From Microthyrium microscopicum (taxonomy: Eukaryota), in NCBI GenBank assembly GCA_010405405.1, contig MU004236.1, positions 2,176,070-2,240,069 on the forward strand: a stretch of 64,000 nt of DNA, given 5' to 3'. A program made the position numbers and the translations under genes. Positions 39,550-51,800 of this stretch are shown here, piece by piece. The notes under the pieces were generated by a model. That model was not told where the DNA came from, searched no databases, and was given only the letters and a program-made list of their open reading frames with translations. Each line of letters opens with the position of its first letter. The first letter of the stretch is position 1.

Positions 39550-40272
39550 TCACTTCCCACCTTCCCATCTCGCCCTCCCCTCTTTTGCAGCGTCCGCTGG
39601 ACAATCCTCTTGATTCCACCATCCTCCTTCTCGCACCGCATCCACAGCCATCAAATTCCTAAATACTCTTGCGATGGTCGGCCATTCATCAATGCTCAGA
39701 TTTGCTTTCTCTACAGCATTCCAAATTGCTGGCGCTAGACATACGTCTGCCATCGTCATTTCATCGCCGACACTGTAGAGCCCTGCTGATGGGGCAGCGA
39801 TGGTTTCGTACGCGTTGAATGCTGAGCGCGTAAAATCTTGTAACCACTCCAGCTCAGCCTTTTCTCCAGCTAGCCGTTTCACTCGAGCTACGAGGCGCAT
39901 TGAGGTCGTCGCTTGGTTTTCGGCGACGATTAAGTTTGTTAGGGTGCGGACTGTTGCGCGGGCTCCTGGGTCTTTGGGCAGTAACGGGTTGGTGGTGTGG
40001 GTTTCTTCGAGATATTCGAGGGCTGCGAAGGATTGGGTTATGATGATTGGCTTCTCTTTTGGGTCGGGAGGTGGCGCGATGAGGGTGGGAACTGTCATGG
40101 AGGGATTGATGGCGGCATAGGCTGCTTCGTGGTGGGCTTTTGTGAGAAGGTTGATGGAGATTTTGTGGTAGGGGATTTTGCGGTGGGCGAGGGCGATGCG
40201 CAGGCGGGAGGATGATGAGGAGCGGTAGAAGTGGTAGAGGGTTAGATTGGTGGAGGATGGGTTTAGAGACAT
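39550..40272 (-). CDS. maiA: Maleylacetoacetate isomerase / GST zeta class
   Basis: LYHFYRSSSSSRLRIAL...INLL...YAAINPSMTVPTL...ITQSFAALEYLEETH...LLPKDP..RATVR...YSVGDEMTMADVCLAP...HW-like WWNQEDCP tail. Single exon. Confidence 0.8.
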   Translation of the reverse strand: MSLNPSSTNLTLYHFYRSSSSSRLRIALAHRKIPYHKISINLLTKAHHEAAYAAINPSMTVPTLIAPPPDPKEKPIIITQSFAALEYLEETHTTNPLLPKDPGARATVRTLTNLIVAENQATTSMRLVARVKRLAGEKAELEWLQDFTRSAFNAYETIAAPSAGLYSVGDEMTMADVCLAPAIWNAVEKANLSIDEWPTIARVFRNLMAVDAVREGGWWNQEDCPADAAKEGRARWEGGK

Positions 40273-40335
40273 GGTGGAGTTGGGAATTGAAGTGGGAAGT
40301 TGAGGAGAGTTGGTGATGGTGCTGGCGGTGTATGG

Positions 40336-40470
40336 TGTCTTGATGTCTTGATGTCTTGATGTCTTGATGTCTTGATGTCTTGATGNNNNNNNNNNNNNNN
40401 NNNNNNNNNNNNNNNNNNNNTGTCTTGATGTCTTGATGTCTTGATGTCTTGATGTCTTGATGTCTTGATG
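40336..40470. repeat. 8-bp microsatellite (TGTCTTGA)n spanning an assembly gap (N at 40386-40420)
   Basis: About six perfect units on each side of a 35-N gap. Confidence 0.95.
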
Positions 40471-40729
40471 GCGGGAATAATTGGAAAAGAACTTTGTATG
40501 AGAGGGGGGATCTACTCGCAGAAAGCTTGCGACTTTGCTTATATTGGATTATCTAATGCCAGAACTTAGGAGTTACTACCTCTTGGTATGCTATAGCTAT
40601 ACGAACTCTGTCATACGGGATAGTATTATTGTTTCGCAAAGATGGGTATAAAGTGTACTGGATTCTATAATTATGATGAAAACACTATTTACAAACTATC
40701 ATTGATTACAACCATTGTCAACCTAAACA

Positions 40730-43493
40730 TCAAAGGCTGTTAGACGTATCAGCCTTCAACATCTCCCAGCGATCCAATATCTCCTTCTGCACGACCTCAT
40801 AGTCCGTTCTCGACTGAAGCGTCCGTAAATCCCTATAACTTTGCCAAACTCTCCTCTCAAGGATTCTCTTGCCCATACCTGAGCCCTTTGAATCGTCAAA
40901 CATCATCTGCATACGCGTACGCTCTCCCTTCTTCATCTGCTCCCTAGTAGCCGCCTGGTCCTTCACTGCCATTATGAAGGTGGGATCGCCATGAAGAAAT
41001 ACATCCGAGCCTTTCCACCAACGCTCGATTTCACGCTCCAAGCCTTTGAAGCCATATCCAGGAATGCCGGTGACTGCTGCGCCAGACTTCAAAACAAGTC
41101 CTCCAAAGCCTCTAGCAACTCCTTTGGCAACGCCTCCAACGGCTGAGTGTTGATTCTCTTTGGCGTATTTGTACCCGAGATATGGTTGAGTGACTACACC
41201 GGTTACTGCATCATAAAGGCCAAATCCAAACTCTTTTCCGCTGCGTGACAGCCCAGAGCTTAAATTAGTGATAGGAGGATATGTCCGTACAGTTCGATCT
41301 GACATTAAAAAGGCTGGGCAGTTGTGGAAGCCATTTGCAAGGTTGTAAAAGAAGGCTACAGGAGCTTTGAGCGAGTGTCCAAAAACAGATCCTGCAAAAT
41401 GTGCCCAGGCTTTGCGCTTCTGTTTGGGTCGATGAGTTGTTGTCCTTTCCATATTCTTGTCATTTGATGTATCACTATCAGTTGACTTTCCCGTGCTACC
41501 CTCAATCGGAGTGGATGACAGTTCCTTTGCGAGCTGGCGGCAGTCAGAGATCAGATTCGCAGCAGTGTTTGTTGCTGTGCCTATAATGGCTGAAATGGGC
41601 TGTTGTGACCCTGCAGTGGTATGCCAGTCCTTATGTCGAACACTTACGATGTTAGCAAATCAAGGTGCTACTGCAATGTTATGAAACCTACAGTTTAAGT
41701 TGGTCGGAAGTAATGGTATCAGTTACAATGAGCATTGCAGCAGCTAGTGTGCTAAGCTGAATATTCGTCTTTCTCACTCGCCAGACTGCAACTCTGTCTG
41801 GACACAGGAAACACGACAGATTTTGCATCTGTAATGTTTTATGGAAATCTTCTGCTGCCTTCTTTGTCCCATCTTCACCTCTAATCTTTTCTGCCAGTTC
41901 TTCCGCTCGAGACTGGAGCTCCGTTTTCAGTGCTTCCGTGATATTTTCGGCCAGAGCATCCGCCGTGAGTTCTTTGAAAGGGACGGGCTTTGGACCTGCA
42001 CCAGCGCGGTATATCATTGCTGCCCACCACGGTTGGTCACCGAAAAACGGTACAATGACTGTTGGTTTTCCCAAGGCAATTCCAATGGCAGTTGTTCCAG
42101 CACCACCATGGTGAACCACAGCTGATACTCTCGGAAACAGCCAATCATGTGGAACGTTACCAAGTAGAAAAACATTGTCTGGAGGATTTGTGCCTCCAAC
42201 ATTCCCCCAGCCTTTGGAGACTAGAGCTCGAACTGTCAAGGTAACCTATGATAAGCATACACCAGCTGATTTGAGGACTTGAGACTTACCTCCAGCTTTC
42301 TTGACAGCGTCAAATATCATCTGCGTGAGCTTCTCCGGGTCATCAACCACAATGGAGCCAAATCCGATATACACAGGTGGGGGTCCAGCATCCAGAAACT
42401 CCTGAAGTGCGGGTTCTGGCTTGAAAGAGGAAGCTAAAGGAAGAAACCAGTATCCACTAATGGTTATATGAGGCCCCCAATCGGCAGGTTTTGGAATGAG
42501 CACTTCTGGCCAGCAGTAGGTGAACGGAACTTGAAGTCTTGGAAGTATTTCGTGGCCCCAGATTGGCGTGATAGGATCCAGCATCAAAGTGTCTTCGCGG
42601 AATCTATTTATTAGATCAAATAAGCCTTCCCAAGTCAGGAGATCCATTCTCTTGTACGAAAAGAGGTTGGCCAATTTTGAATCGACCTTTCCAGAATCAA
42701 CGTTAGCCAAGGGATGAGGAAATGCGCCGGTGGGTGACCATGGCATAGTAAACATTATGTGCAAAGGTATAGCCAACTTCTCGGCAATGTGAATATGAGC
42801 GTAAGATGGCGGATTCGCAATGATGGCATCGGCAACAAATGGCTCCGGCAGATGCATCATAATATCTCTATCGTTAAGGTAGTCTTTCATCTCAAATTGT
42901 GTTATTCCATCTCCAGCCAGGGTACATGCTCTCCAGCACCCGTCGAGCATTTCGGCAATTTCCATGCGACGGGCATGTATGTCTCCGGCCTTGACAGATT
43001 CGCGACTTGGAAGGATTCCTGGGTTCTTAACCATGTATGCCATCAACTTGGATGGATCGCCGCCTATCGAGTAGAATTCGAGTCCATTCTCCTCGACAAA
43101 GTCCTTGAAAACTGAATGCGTGCATATCCGCACGCGATGAGAATACGGATCCTTCTGTAATGTCTGGCCCAGTGCAATGAATGGTTGTACGTCTCCGCGG
43201 GATCCAGTGATCAAAATGGCAATGTTCATGCGTGGAATGCCTTTAAACTGAGCGATATTGGGTTCTCGCGTTTCCAATCGTCTCACGCAATGTCGTGGTT
43301 TCCGGGCTTTGGCCTTGTCATCTTGTGCTGCAATTACTGCTGCTGCTTTTGCATGTCGTTTATCCACGAGGTGGACAAATTCCTGGGCCCTAAGATGAAT
43401 TCCTTTAAAACTGATGTCGATACGCCCATCGTCCAGGACGCGGGATTTGACATTTTCGAGATTAGCGCCATCCAGGCCTCCATCATATGCCAT
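40730..43493 (-). CDS. Family-1 UDP-glycosyltransferase, sterol 3-beta-glucosyltransferase-like; 3 coding exons
   Basis: MNIAILITGSRGDVQPFIALG...HRVRICTH...DAIIANPPSYAHIHIAEKL...FTMPWSPT..FPHPL; PPVYIGFGSIVVDDP; VPHDWLFPRVSAVVHHGGAGTTA...VPFFGDQPWW. The reading frame is intact across introns. Confidence 0.9.
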
Positions 43494-43857
43494 TCCTGAT
43501 AGCGGAACTGGCAAAGTATAAGTCAATAATCAATATATGAGCATTATGAATAAAAATGGTTAGGAATGCGAAGGTTACAAGTTCCTGCTGACAAGACTGA
43601 GGCGTTGCTTTGTCAGATTCAAGATAGAAGCTGAAACCCAAAACAGACTAGATCGGCAGGGGTTTTATGACGGCTCATAACGGCCACCCTAGCCAGTTCA
43701 GCAAAACCAAAAAGTACAAAGCTCTACATTTTATAAATACAATATTCCTATACCTATTTCCCTATTTTAGCGCTTTAAATAAATTCTAAAAGGGATATTC
43801 AAAAATTACGTATTTTTTAATACTTAAATTAAGGTAATTAGTAATAATAACTATAAT

Positions 43858-44125
43858 ATAGCAATAGTATAGCTATATTAGTAGGTAAGGTATAGCTATA
43901 TTAGTAGGTAAGGTATAGCTACGTTAGTAGAAAAGGGTAAGATAAGTATAGCTACGTTAGTAGGTAAGGTATAACTACGTTAGTAAGTAAGATATAGCTA
44001 CGTTAGTAAGTAAAGTATAGCTACGTTAATAGGCAAGGCACTAAGAAAGATATAGCTATATTAATAATAAAGATAATAAGAAAGATATAGCTATATTAAT
44101 AAGAAAGGTATAGCTATATATTATT
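43858..44125. repeat. Subterminal ~23-bp tandem repeats inside the left end of the large element
   Basis: Repeated unit GTATAGCTA(C/T)(G/A)TTAGTAGGTAAG with RIP-type variants. Confidence 0.85.
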
Positions 44126-44342
44126 AGTTAAGATAATATAATTAGTATATATATAGATTAGTAATAGAAATTAATTAAGAAAGGCTTTTAATTCTTAACG
44201 ATATACTAATAAGTAAAAGTTAACTATTATTATAGAGTCTAATATAAAGTATAATATTTCTCTCTCTTTCTTTAGTATTAGTTATACCTCCTAGGCAACT
44301 TTTATTATACTAAATACTTATATTAATTTAATTATATACTAA

Positions 44343-45800
44343 GCCTCTATTAAGAGCTTAGTATTAACTAAAGGCTATACTAATACTAAGGTTTACAAAT
44401 AGCTTCTTAATAAATATAATATAGAGGTTTCTATTTAAACTATTTATTAAAGAATTAATAAATAGAGGATTTAAAGAAAAACTATATAGCTTAATAAAAA
44501 TTTAAAAGACGTAATAAAAGCTTTATTTTACGTCTTTAATAATAATAAGAGAAAGATAATATATATTCTATAAGATTATAGATATAAACTTTCCTAAAGA
44601 ACTTTATAATAATATTACTAAAGGCTTAGAATATCTTATTAGTAAAACTATAAATTATATTAAGAATTCTATAAAGTATACTTTAAAGATAATTACGATA
44701 TAATTTAGTATAAGCTTTAATAATCCTATCTTAATATTATAAATTATAGATACTATATATTAGTAATAAGAATTAGAGCCTAAAAACGCAATATATTTCT
44801 AAGAAATATTTATTTTATCTAATAATAATTAGATTTAGAAGCTACTACTACTTAATAAAAATAAGTATATTAAAAATAGGGCGAATATAAAGTTAAAAGT
44901 CTAGATTATATTTAGTCTATTAATAGGTATAATAAACTAAAGCAATTTAGCTTTAAGATTTATAGCTATATTAATACCTACTTAAGATATCTTAACTATT
45001 ATAATATTAGTATATTAAATAAAATAAGTATTAGCTATCTCTACTAATACTTAGATTATTTAGAAAGTAAGCTAATTTAGCTATAATTTATTTAATTAGA
45101 CTAAGATAGTAAAATAATTATACTTACTAATACTTATTATAGATTCTTACTTATCTATAAACCTAATCTTTATTTTAAAGACTATTTCCTATATAGAATA
45201 AGTATTACTAACTAATAAATAGAATATTAGTAGAAAAATCTTAGTAGATCTATACTAAATAAATAAAAAGTAAGTTTTATTTTATTAAAATAATACTAAT
45301 ATATACTCTAAAAGATATATTAATTTCCTATAGGAGTTTTTTAAGTAGCTTTAAAGAGATAGTAAATTCTTATAAGATAGACTTATTAATTATATTATAA
45401 TACTAGCTATATTTATATTTATTTTATAAGATATTATTACTAAATATATTTATAACTAGAATAATTATAAGTTAACTAATACTAAGAAGAGGCGCCCTAA
45501 TACTATTAATAGAAAGCTATAGTACCTATATAATTATTCTTAGAATATAGAGAAGGTTAGCTTACTAATTAATTCTAAACTTATCTATATAGTAAAGTAA
45601 TAAGCTAGTAACTAGAATAAAGATACTTATCTATTTAAAGAAACCCTCTAATAGTACTAATAAGAACTATAGTAAATAGAGTTTAATTTCTTTATAGACT
45701 CTTTTAGTAACGCTTAAGATTACTAGAGAAAGACTAATCTATTTAGAGGTATTTACCTAACTCTAAGGAATGTACTAAATAAATATATCCTTAGTAAATA
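44343..45800 (+). pseudogene. RIP-inactivated IS3EU/integrase-core DDE transposase with an N-terminal Clr5-like HTH (boundaries approximate)
   Basis: One frame reads, after reverting G>A/C>T changes, KRGEYKVKGPDYIWSIDGHDKLKQFGFEIYGCIDAYSRY (W at 44913), PQFIRSDRGGET (D at 45099) and STTNQRIECWW (E at 45222). The upstream IEVSIRTIYRRI..W segment is in the same frame, and a WNNHK motif follows further downstream. Confidence 0.85.
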
Positions 45801-48800
45801 ATTACTAATTATATATCTTCTAGTAATACTAAGTAGTAAAGAGAATTAGATTAAAGCTAATCCTAGTTAGCTTATTATAGTTATATTAGCTAATATAGAA
45901 TAAAATAAGGTTAGGAAATCTATTAAAATAAAGATAGCTAAGTTCTACGCTATATTAAATATAGTAAAAGTAGACTACTTTTATATAAAGTAAGCTCTAT
46001 ATTTTAATAATAAGTCTTAGCTTACTTACTATAATACTTTACTATAAATAATACTTCTCTAATAGATAGATAATATATTTCTTAACTACTCTTTATCTAA
46101 GAAACTTAATTCTATTATATAAGAACTTACTTTCTACTAATATATATATTAGATTAATACTTATTTACTTCTTTAATATTTATACTCTTATATTTCTAAT
46201 TTTATATTTATTATATTAGCTTTAGGCTTCCTTTATAGATCTACTTAGGTATTTAACTCTTAACTAAAAGATATACTATATCTAGCTTACTAAGATATAG
46301 ATATAGCTTAATAAAGAAGTTATAATTAAGATATAGGTATAGAGTATCTTTCTTACTTTTAAGAAACTAGTATTTACTAAGTAAAGAGAGTACCTTAACT
46401 AGTAGAGGAGTAATTAAAAGAGAATTCTTAACCCTAGATTAGACTACTACTAGAACTAGTAGTAATTAAAGAAGAAACTATTATTTATAATATTAAGTTA
46501 TATCTATTACCTACTTAATAAGTTTTTATAATTAAGACTAAATAATTTAAGTCTATAGGTAGTAGCCTTATATTCTTACTTAATTTACGTATTTAAATAA
46601 AGAATTATTAGAATAGAGAAGAAGATATACTAATATAAATAGAGTCTAAAGCTCCTATTACCTAGTTAGCTCTTTACCTAAACCTAGTATTAGTTAAAAA
46701 CGTAAAGATAAGTTAGCTTTAAAGTATTAAAGATAATTTAAGTTTAATATATTAAAGTGCTAAAAAGACTTAAACTAAATAGTCTTATAATTTTAATACT
46801 TAGAAGCTTTTTTATAATAATATACTACTAGATAGTAAAGAAATATTCTAAAAAGTAGCCTAAATAAGTAAGTTTACTAACTTACTAATAAAATATAGAC
46901 TATTAGCTAATAAGAGCTAGGTTTTTCTAGTAGTATTATCTATTAAGGTAACATAAATAGTATCTTATACTTTATTATAAAGATCTTATTTAAGTATCTA
47001 GACTAAAATATTATTAAATAGTTTTAGGCGTTATATAATAAGGGTAAAGATATAAAGTCTTATATCTTCCTTTATAATAATGTAGAAGATACCTAAGAAG
47101 GTATAAATAAAACTAAAAAGAAAGAACTAAGGTTTAATAAGGTTAGTAGAATATATAATAAACCTTAGAGCTTAGAAGATTTTTTTAAAAATAGGCTATT
47201 TAAGCTAAAAAAGGAAAAAGAAATAGGTAAAGTATAATTTAATATTAACTTTATCTTTTAGATTATAAGAATAAATTATAAGGCCTAGGTAGATTATTAT
47301 AAGTAACTTAATAACCTAGAAACCCTAGTTTTAAAAAGATAAGAATAGCTTAGTAAAATAATACTAAGGCCTAGATACTTAAATACTATATTACTTATAC
47401 TACTTTTAATTTAAAGTATTAAAAAGAAGAATAAGCTTAGTAGTACTATTACTATAGTTAATTCTAATACTTTTTAAAAGATTAAGAAAGAGTTTAAGCT
47501 AGCTATAATTAACCCTAAGGCCTTCCTTAACTTAATTAGATAAGGTAATAGTAAAGACGAAGTTTCTAGTAAATCTAGTAATTCTAATAATAATAGAGAG
47601 CTACTAGAGGATAAAGAGCTACTAAAAGAAACTAAAGGTAATAATAACTATAAACTATACCTAGAGCTAATAAAGAAAACTTCTACTAAAAAGAAAAAAA
47701 AAGATAATAATATAGAAAAGTTAAAGCTATAAACTAATAAGGCGCCTTATAAATATAACGCTTTTAATACTAAGCTATCTAATTAAACCCTTTAAAAGTA
47801 TAGAAAAGGACTAGTAGTAAGCTTAGAATAGAAATAAAAGAAAGTAAAGACTTAACGAGTTATATAGCTTACTACTAAGAAAGGTCTATAAGATAGCTTA
47901 AGTAAGAAAGAAAAAAAAGGATATAGTAGTACTAGTAGGTAAGGTAGGTATAGTAGTACTATTAATAGAAACTAATTTATCTTTACGTCTTTTTACTAGT
48001 ACTCTCTAGTCTTTCCTTTAAGTAGTTTTACTTTGTATTACTAATTAGTAATAATATTACTCTTAGGTCTTATCTTTATTTTAATTTATAGCATAATAAT
48101 ACTACTAAGTAGAGCTTACTAAAAGAAAATAGGCCTAGCGCCTAGCTAGTTAAATAGGATAATATTAGTTTATAAATATAAAATAGCTTCTTACTAATTA
48201 TTTAAAGTGCTAAAATACTTTAGCCTTAAGCCTTAGCCTCTACTAAGAATACTAACTAGGAATACTATATAGATAGTAATATTATCCTTAAGAAGTAGAC
48301 TATACTAAGCTACGCTAAACTTACTAAAAACTAGCTACTTTTTATTATTAGATATAGTATTAATTTCTTTAATTTCTTAAAAGAAATTAATTATTTATTA
48401 TTTCTTTAAGGCTTTAAGTAGAGAGGATTAAGCCTTTATGCTATCTACGTAGGCTTTAACTTATATAGGACTAAATAGTTAGAAAGGACTAATACCTTAT
48501 CCTAAATAAGAGCTACATAATCTAACGATATATCCTTATAAGGCTATATATATATTACTAAATAATAAGTAACTAGCTTATTAAACTATAATGCCTTATC
48601 TTTATATTACTAAACTAAGCTTCTCTAAATCCTTAAGTAATTTATTAACTTATAAGTTAAACCTAAGTAAATGTTAGTAAGTATAGTAATTAATATAACT
48701 TAGTAAAAAGAAGTTATAAAGTAGGATATAAAAAACTAGTATATAATAATAAAAAAAGTAAATAATAAGCTTAAGGGTAAGTAATATATAATATTTTTAT

Positions 48801-51800
48801 AAATACGTTAGAAATAGAACCTAAATTAATAACTAAATTAATTAAAAGCTATACTAAACTAAGAATTTAAATACTAGGAAGTTATTAGTTAAGTATTAAT
48901 ATAATTCTATAAAAAAATTAGTTATATTTCTATCTAATAATATTAACTACTTACTAAGAAATATAATAATAGTAATTAAGCTCTAACTCTAATTCTAAAA
49001 AGACTTTTATAGCTTACTAGTCTATAAAGGAGTTATAGTTTTATTTAAGATAGATATAATATTAGTTAGTAGAAAATAACTTAAGAAGAGTTAATAAAGT
49101 TAATTATTAGGCTACTAGGTACTTAAGAGTATAAGTAGTAAGTCTTTTAATATCTAGACTATATCTTTCTAAGACTTTCTAATTAGAAGTAACTCTATTT
49201 TTTTTCTTATACGTAATATAGTTATCTATATCTTTATTATTAAATTTATAATAGCGCTCTAATAACTTCTTACTATTATACTTATAAAAAAAGTAGCCTT
49301 TATTAAAGTTAACTTCCTAAACTAATTACTTATTCTTTTCTTATTTTTTCTTAATCTTTACTCTATTTATCTCTTTTAAAGCTCTTAAAGATATATTAAT
49401 TTTTTTAGTATTATTTAAAATATAAATAGGCTAGTAGTATTTTTTTTATTTAATACTATCTATCTAAATAAAGCTTACCTTAGCCTTACTTATACTTTTA
49501 AGAATTCTTTTTACTTACTTATATAATTTCTATAGTCTACCTTAAAAGCGTATTAATAATATTAATATACCTTTACCTTTTAGAAGATTTAAGTTACTAA
49601 ACTTAACTAATAAGCCTATTATATTACTATTACGATCTATATATATCTTTATCTTCTCTACTTTTAAAACGTATCTTAAAAATATCTAACTTCTCTTTAT
49701 TATCTACATAGCGCTAAAGGTCTTTATAAAAGGGCTTTAAGTAAGATTCTTTAATTTAATATTATATTATATTAATTTATATCTAGTTATTAGTATTAAG
49801 GACTTAATTAAATCTATAACCCTTAGAGTAAATATTATTAAGATAATATATAGGACGAAATAAAGCTTATAATTCCCTAGCTACCCTTTAGTAAACTAAG
49901 AAAGTAGCTAAAAATATATAAGCTTTATTTATTTTAAAGACTTTTTAGCTAAATCTTTCTATATTAGAATATTTTATAAAGTAGTAACTTTAACTATAGA
50001 GTAAGATCTAAAGAAAGTTATATCTATATTAATTTATAATTTTAATCTACCCTTTATCTTAAATAATATACTACTAAAAGGTATACTATACTAAAAAAAA
50101 ATTAAATATAACTTATATATATTTTTCCTAGTATTTTTAAGTCTTTATCTTTTAATATTAGACCCTAACTACTCCTTAAGTAAATTAAGAGAATAATTAG
50201 GGTCTAATATAGCTCTAGAGGAGCTAATACCTACCTAAATTAGGATTTTTATTAGTCTAATATTAAGTTAGTATTCTTTTTAATAGTAAGAGGAAATAGA
50301 TAAATTCTTACTTATTAGTTATCTTATTACTAATATATATTTCTTCTATATAAAGTATTGCCTTAATTAATAATATAGTAAGTAGAGATCTAGCACTTTA
50401 TTAGTATATATATAATAAAGTCTTTAGTAGAAATATACTATTACGTTAAATATAACTATCTTTTTAAAAAGAAGTACTACTAGCTATACTCTAATTAATA
50501 TCTATAATATATATCTAAGTTTATAATTAGCTTTAACTTATTAATATAATACTATCTCTATAGATAGAAAACTTCCTAAAAAGATAAAAGAACTAAATAT
50601 ATAATAAGTACCTAAAGTAAGTAAAGTAGTATACTTACTTTACTATCCTAAGCATAGTAATAATAAGTAAAAGTAAATATATTAAAAAATAATTACTAAA
50701 ATAAATAGAAATACTAAAGGCAATCTCTACTATCTTAAAGTAAATTAATAAATAATAAAGTAAATTTAGGACTTACCTAAAGTATACGTTATAGGCTTAA
50801 ATCTAGCGAAAGATAGCTTATAATACGCTTTTTATATTTTTGTTTTTATTAGTTATAATATATAAAATATAAGCCTACTATTCTATATTTCTAGATATTC
50901 TAAATAAACCCTTAGTTTATTCTTAAAGCTATTAATCGTTACTAGGTAACAAGATAAATAGATATATAAGCCCTATAAGTTAAAAGTTTAACTACTTAGA
51001 TTTTATAATATCCTTTTATAAATAAGCATAATAACTAGTTAATAACTACTATAGCTAGTAATATATTTTTAGATATTAGCTAACTCTAAGCTACTTTTTT
51101 ACTACTTAATCGTCTAGCATTTAGATATATACTATAGTTATTATTTCTACCTATTAGGAACTAGTACTTTTTAACTTAAGGAGAATACTACTTAAATAAA
51201 GATATTTAGAAGTAGTTAACTAGCTTACCTTTATATATTAATAAACTAATAATAATATTTATTAATATTTATTTACGTTATCTAGTATATATTAATAGAA
51301 AGTATATTCCTACCTTTCTTATAATATACTACTAATTATATACTAAGTAATAAAGTTTCTTTATTTTTTTAGAGGCTTCTATATCTATATTTTTTTAATA
51401 ATAATATTTACTACTTTAGATTAATAATATATACTAAGATTTTTATCTAAGGAAAAATTAAGTATATCTAAAGTATAACTATTAGCTAATAAATAATATA
51501 GTTAAATTATCTTAATAAAGCTACCTAGAGTCTTTACCTAATAAACTTAACCTTCTTAGAAAAGATATATACTTTATACTAAAGTAAAGAGTATAACCTC
51601 TATTATATATTAAGGCTAATATATTAGATATACTTATTAATACTAAATTAAGGTAAGATTACTTTTTATAGATAGGAATACTCTTAGTAAAATTAAGAGC
51701 CTATAGTTTATATAGGTTAATAATCCTATAACCTACTTATACTATTTATATTATTCTTAATATAGTACTTATACTTTCTAAGAATATAAGGTACTATATA

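Noticed and set aside
43858..44125. Regular short repeats that could suggest a CRISPR array
   Set aside because: Units are directly tandem without unique spacers, lie inside a eukaryotic transposon end, and no cas genes are present.
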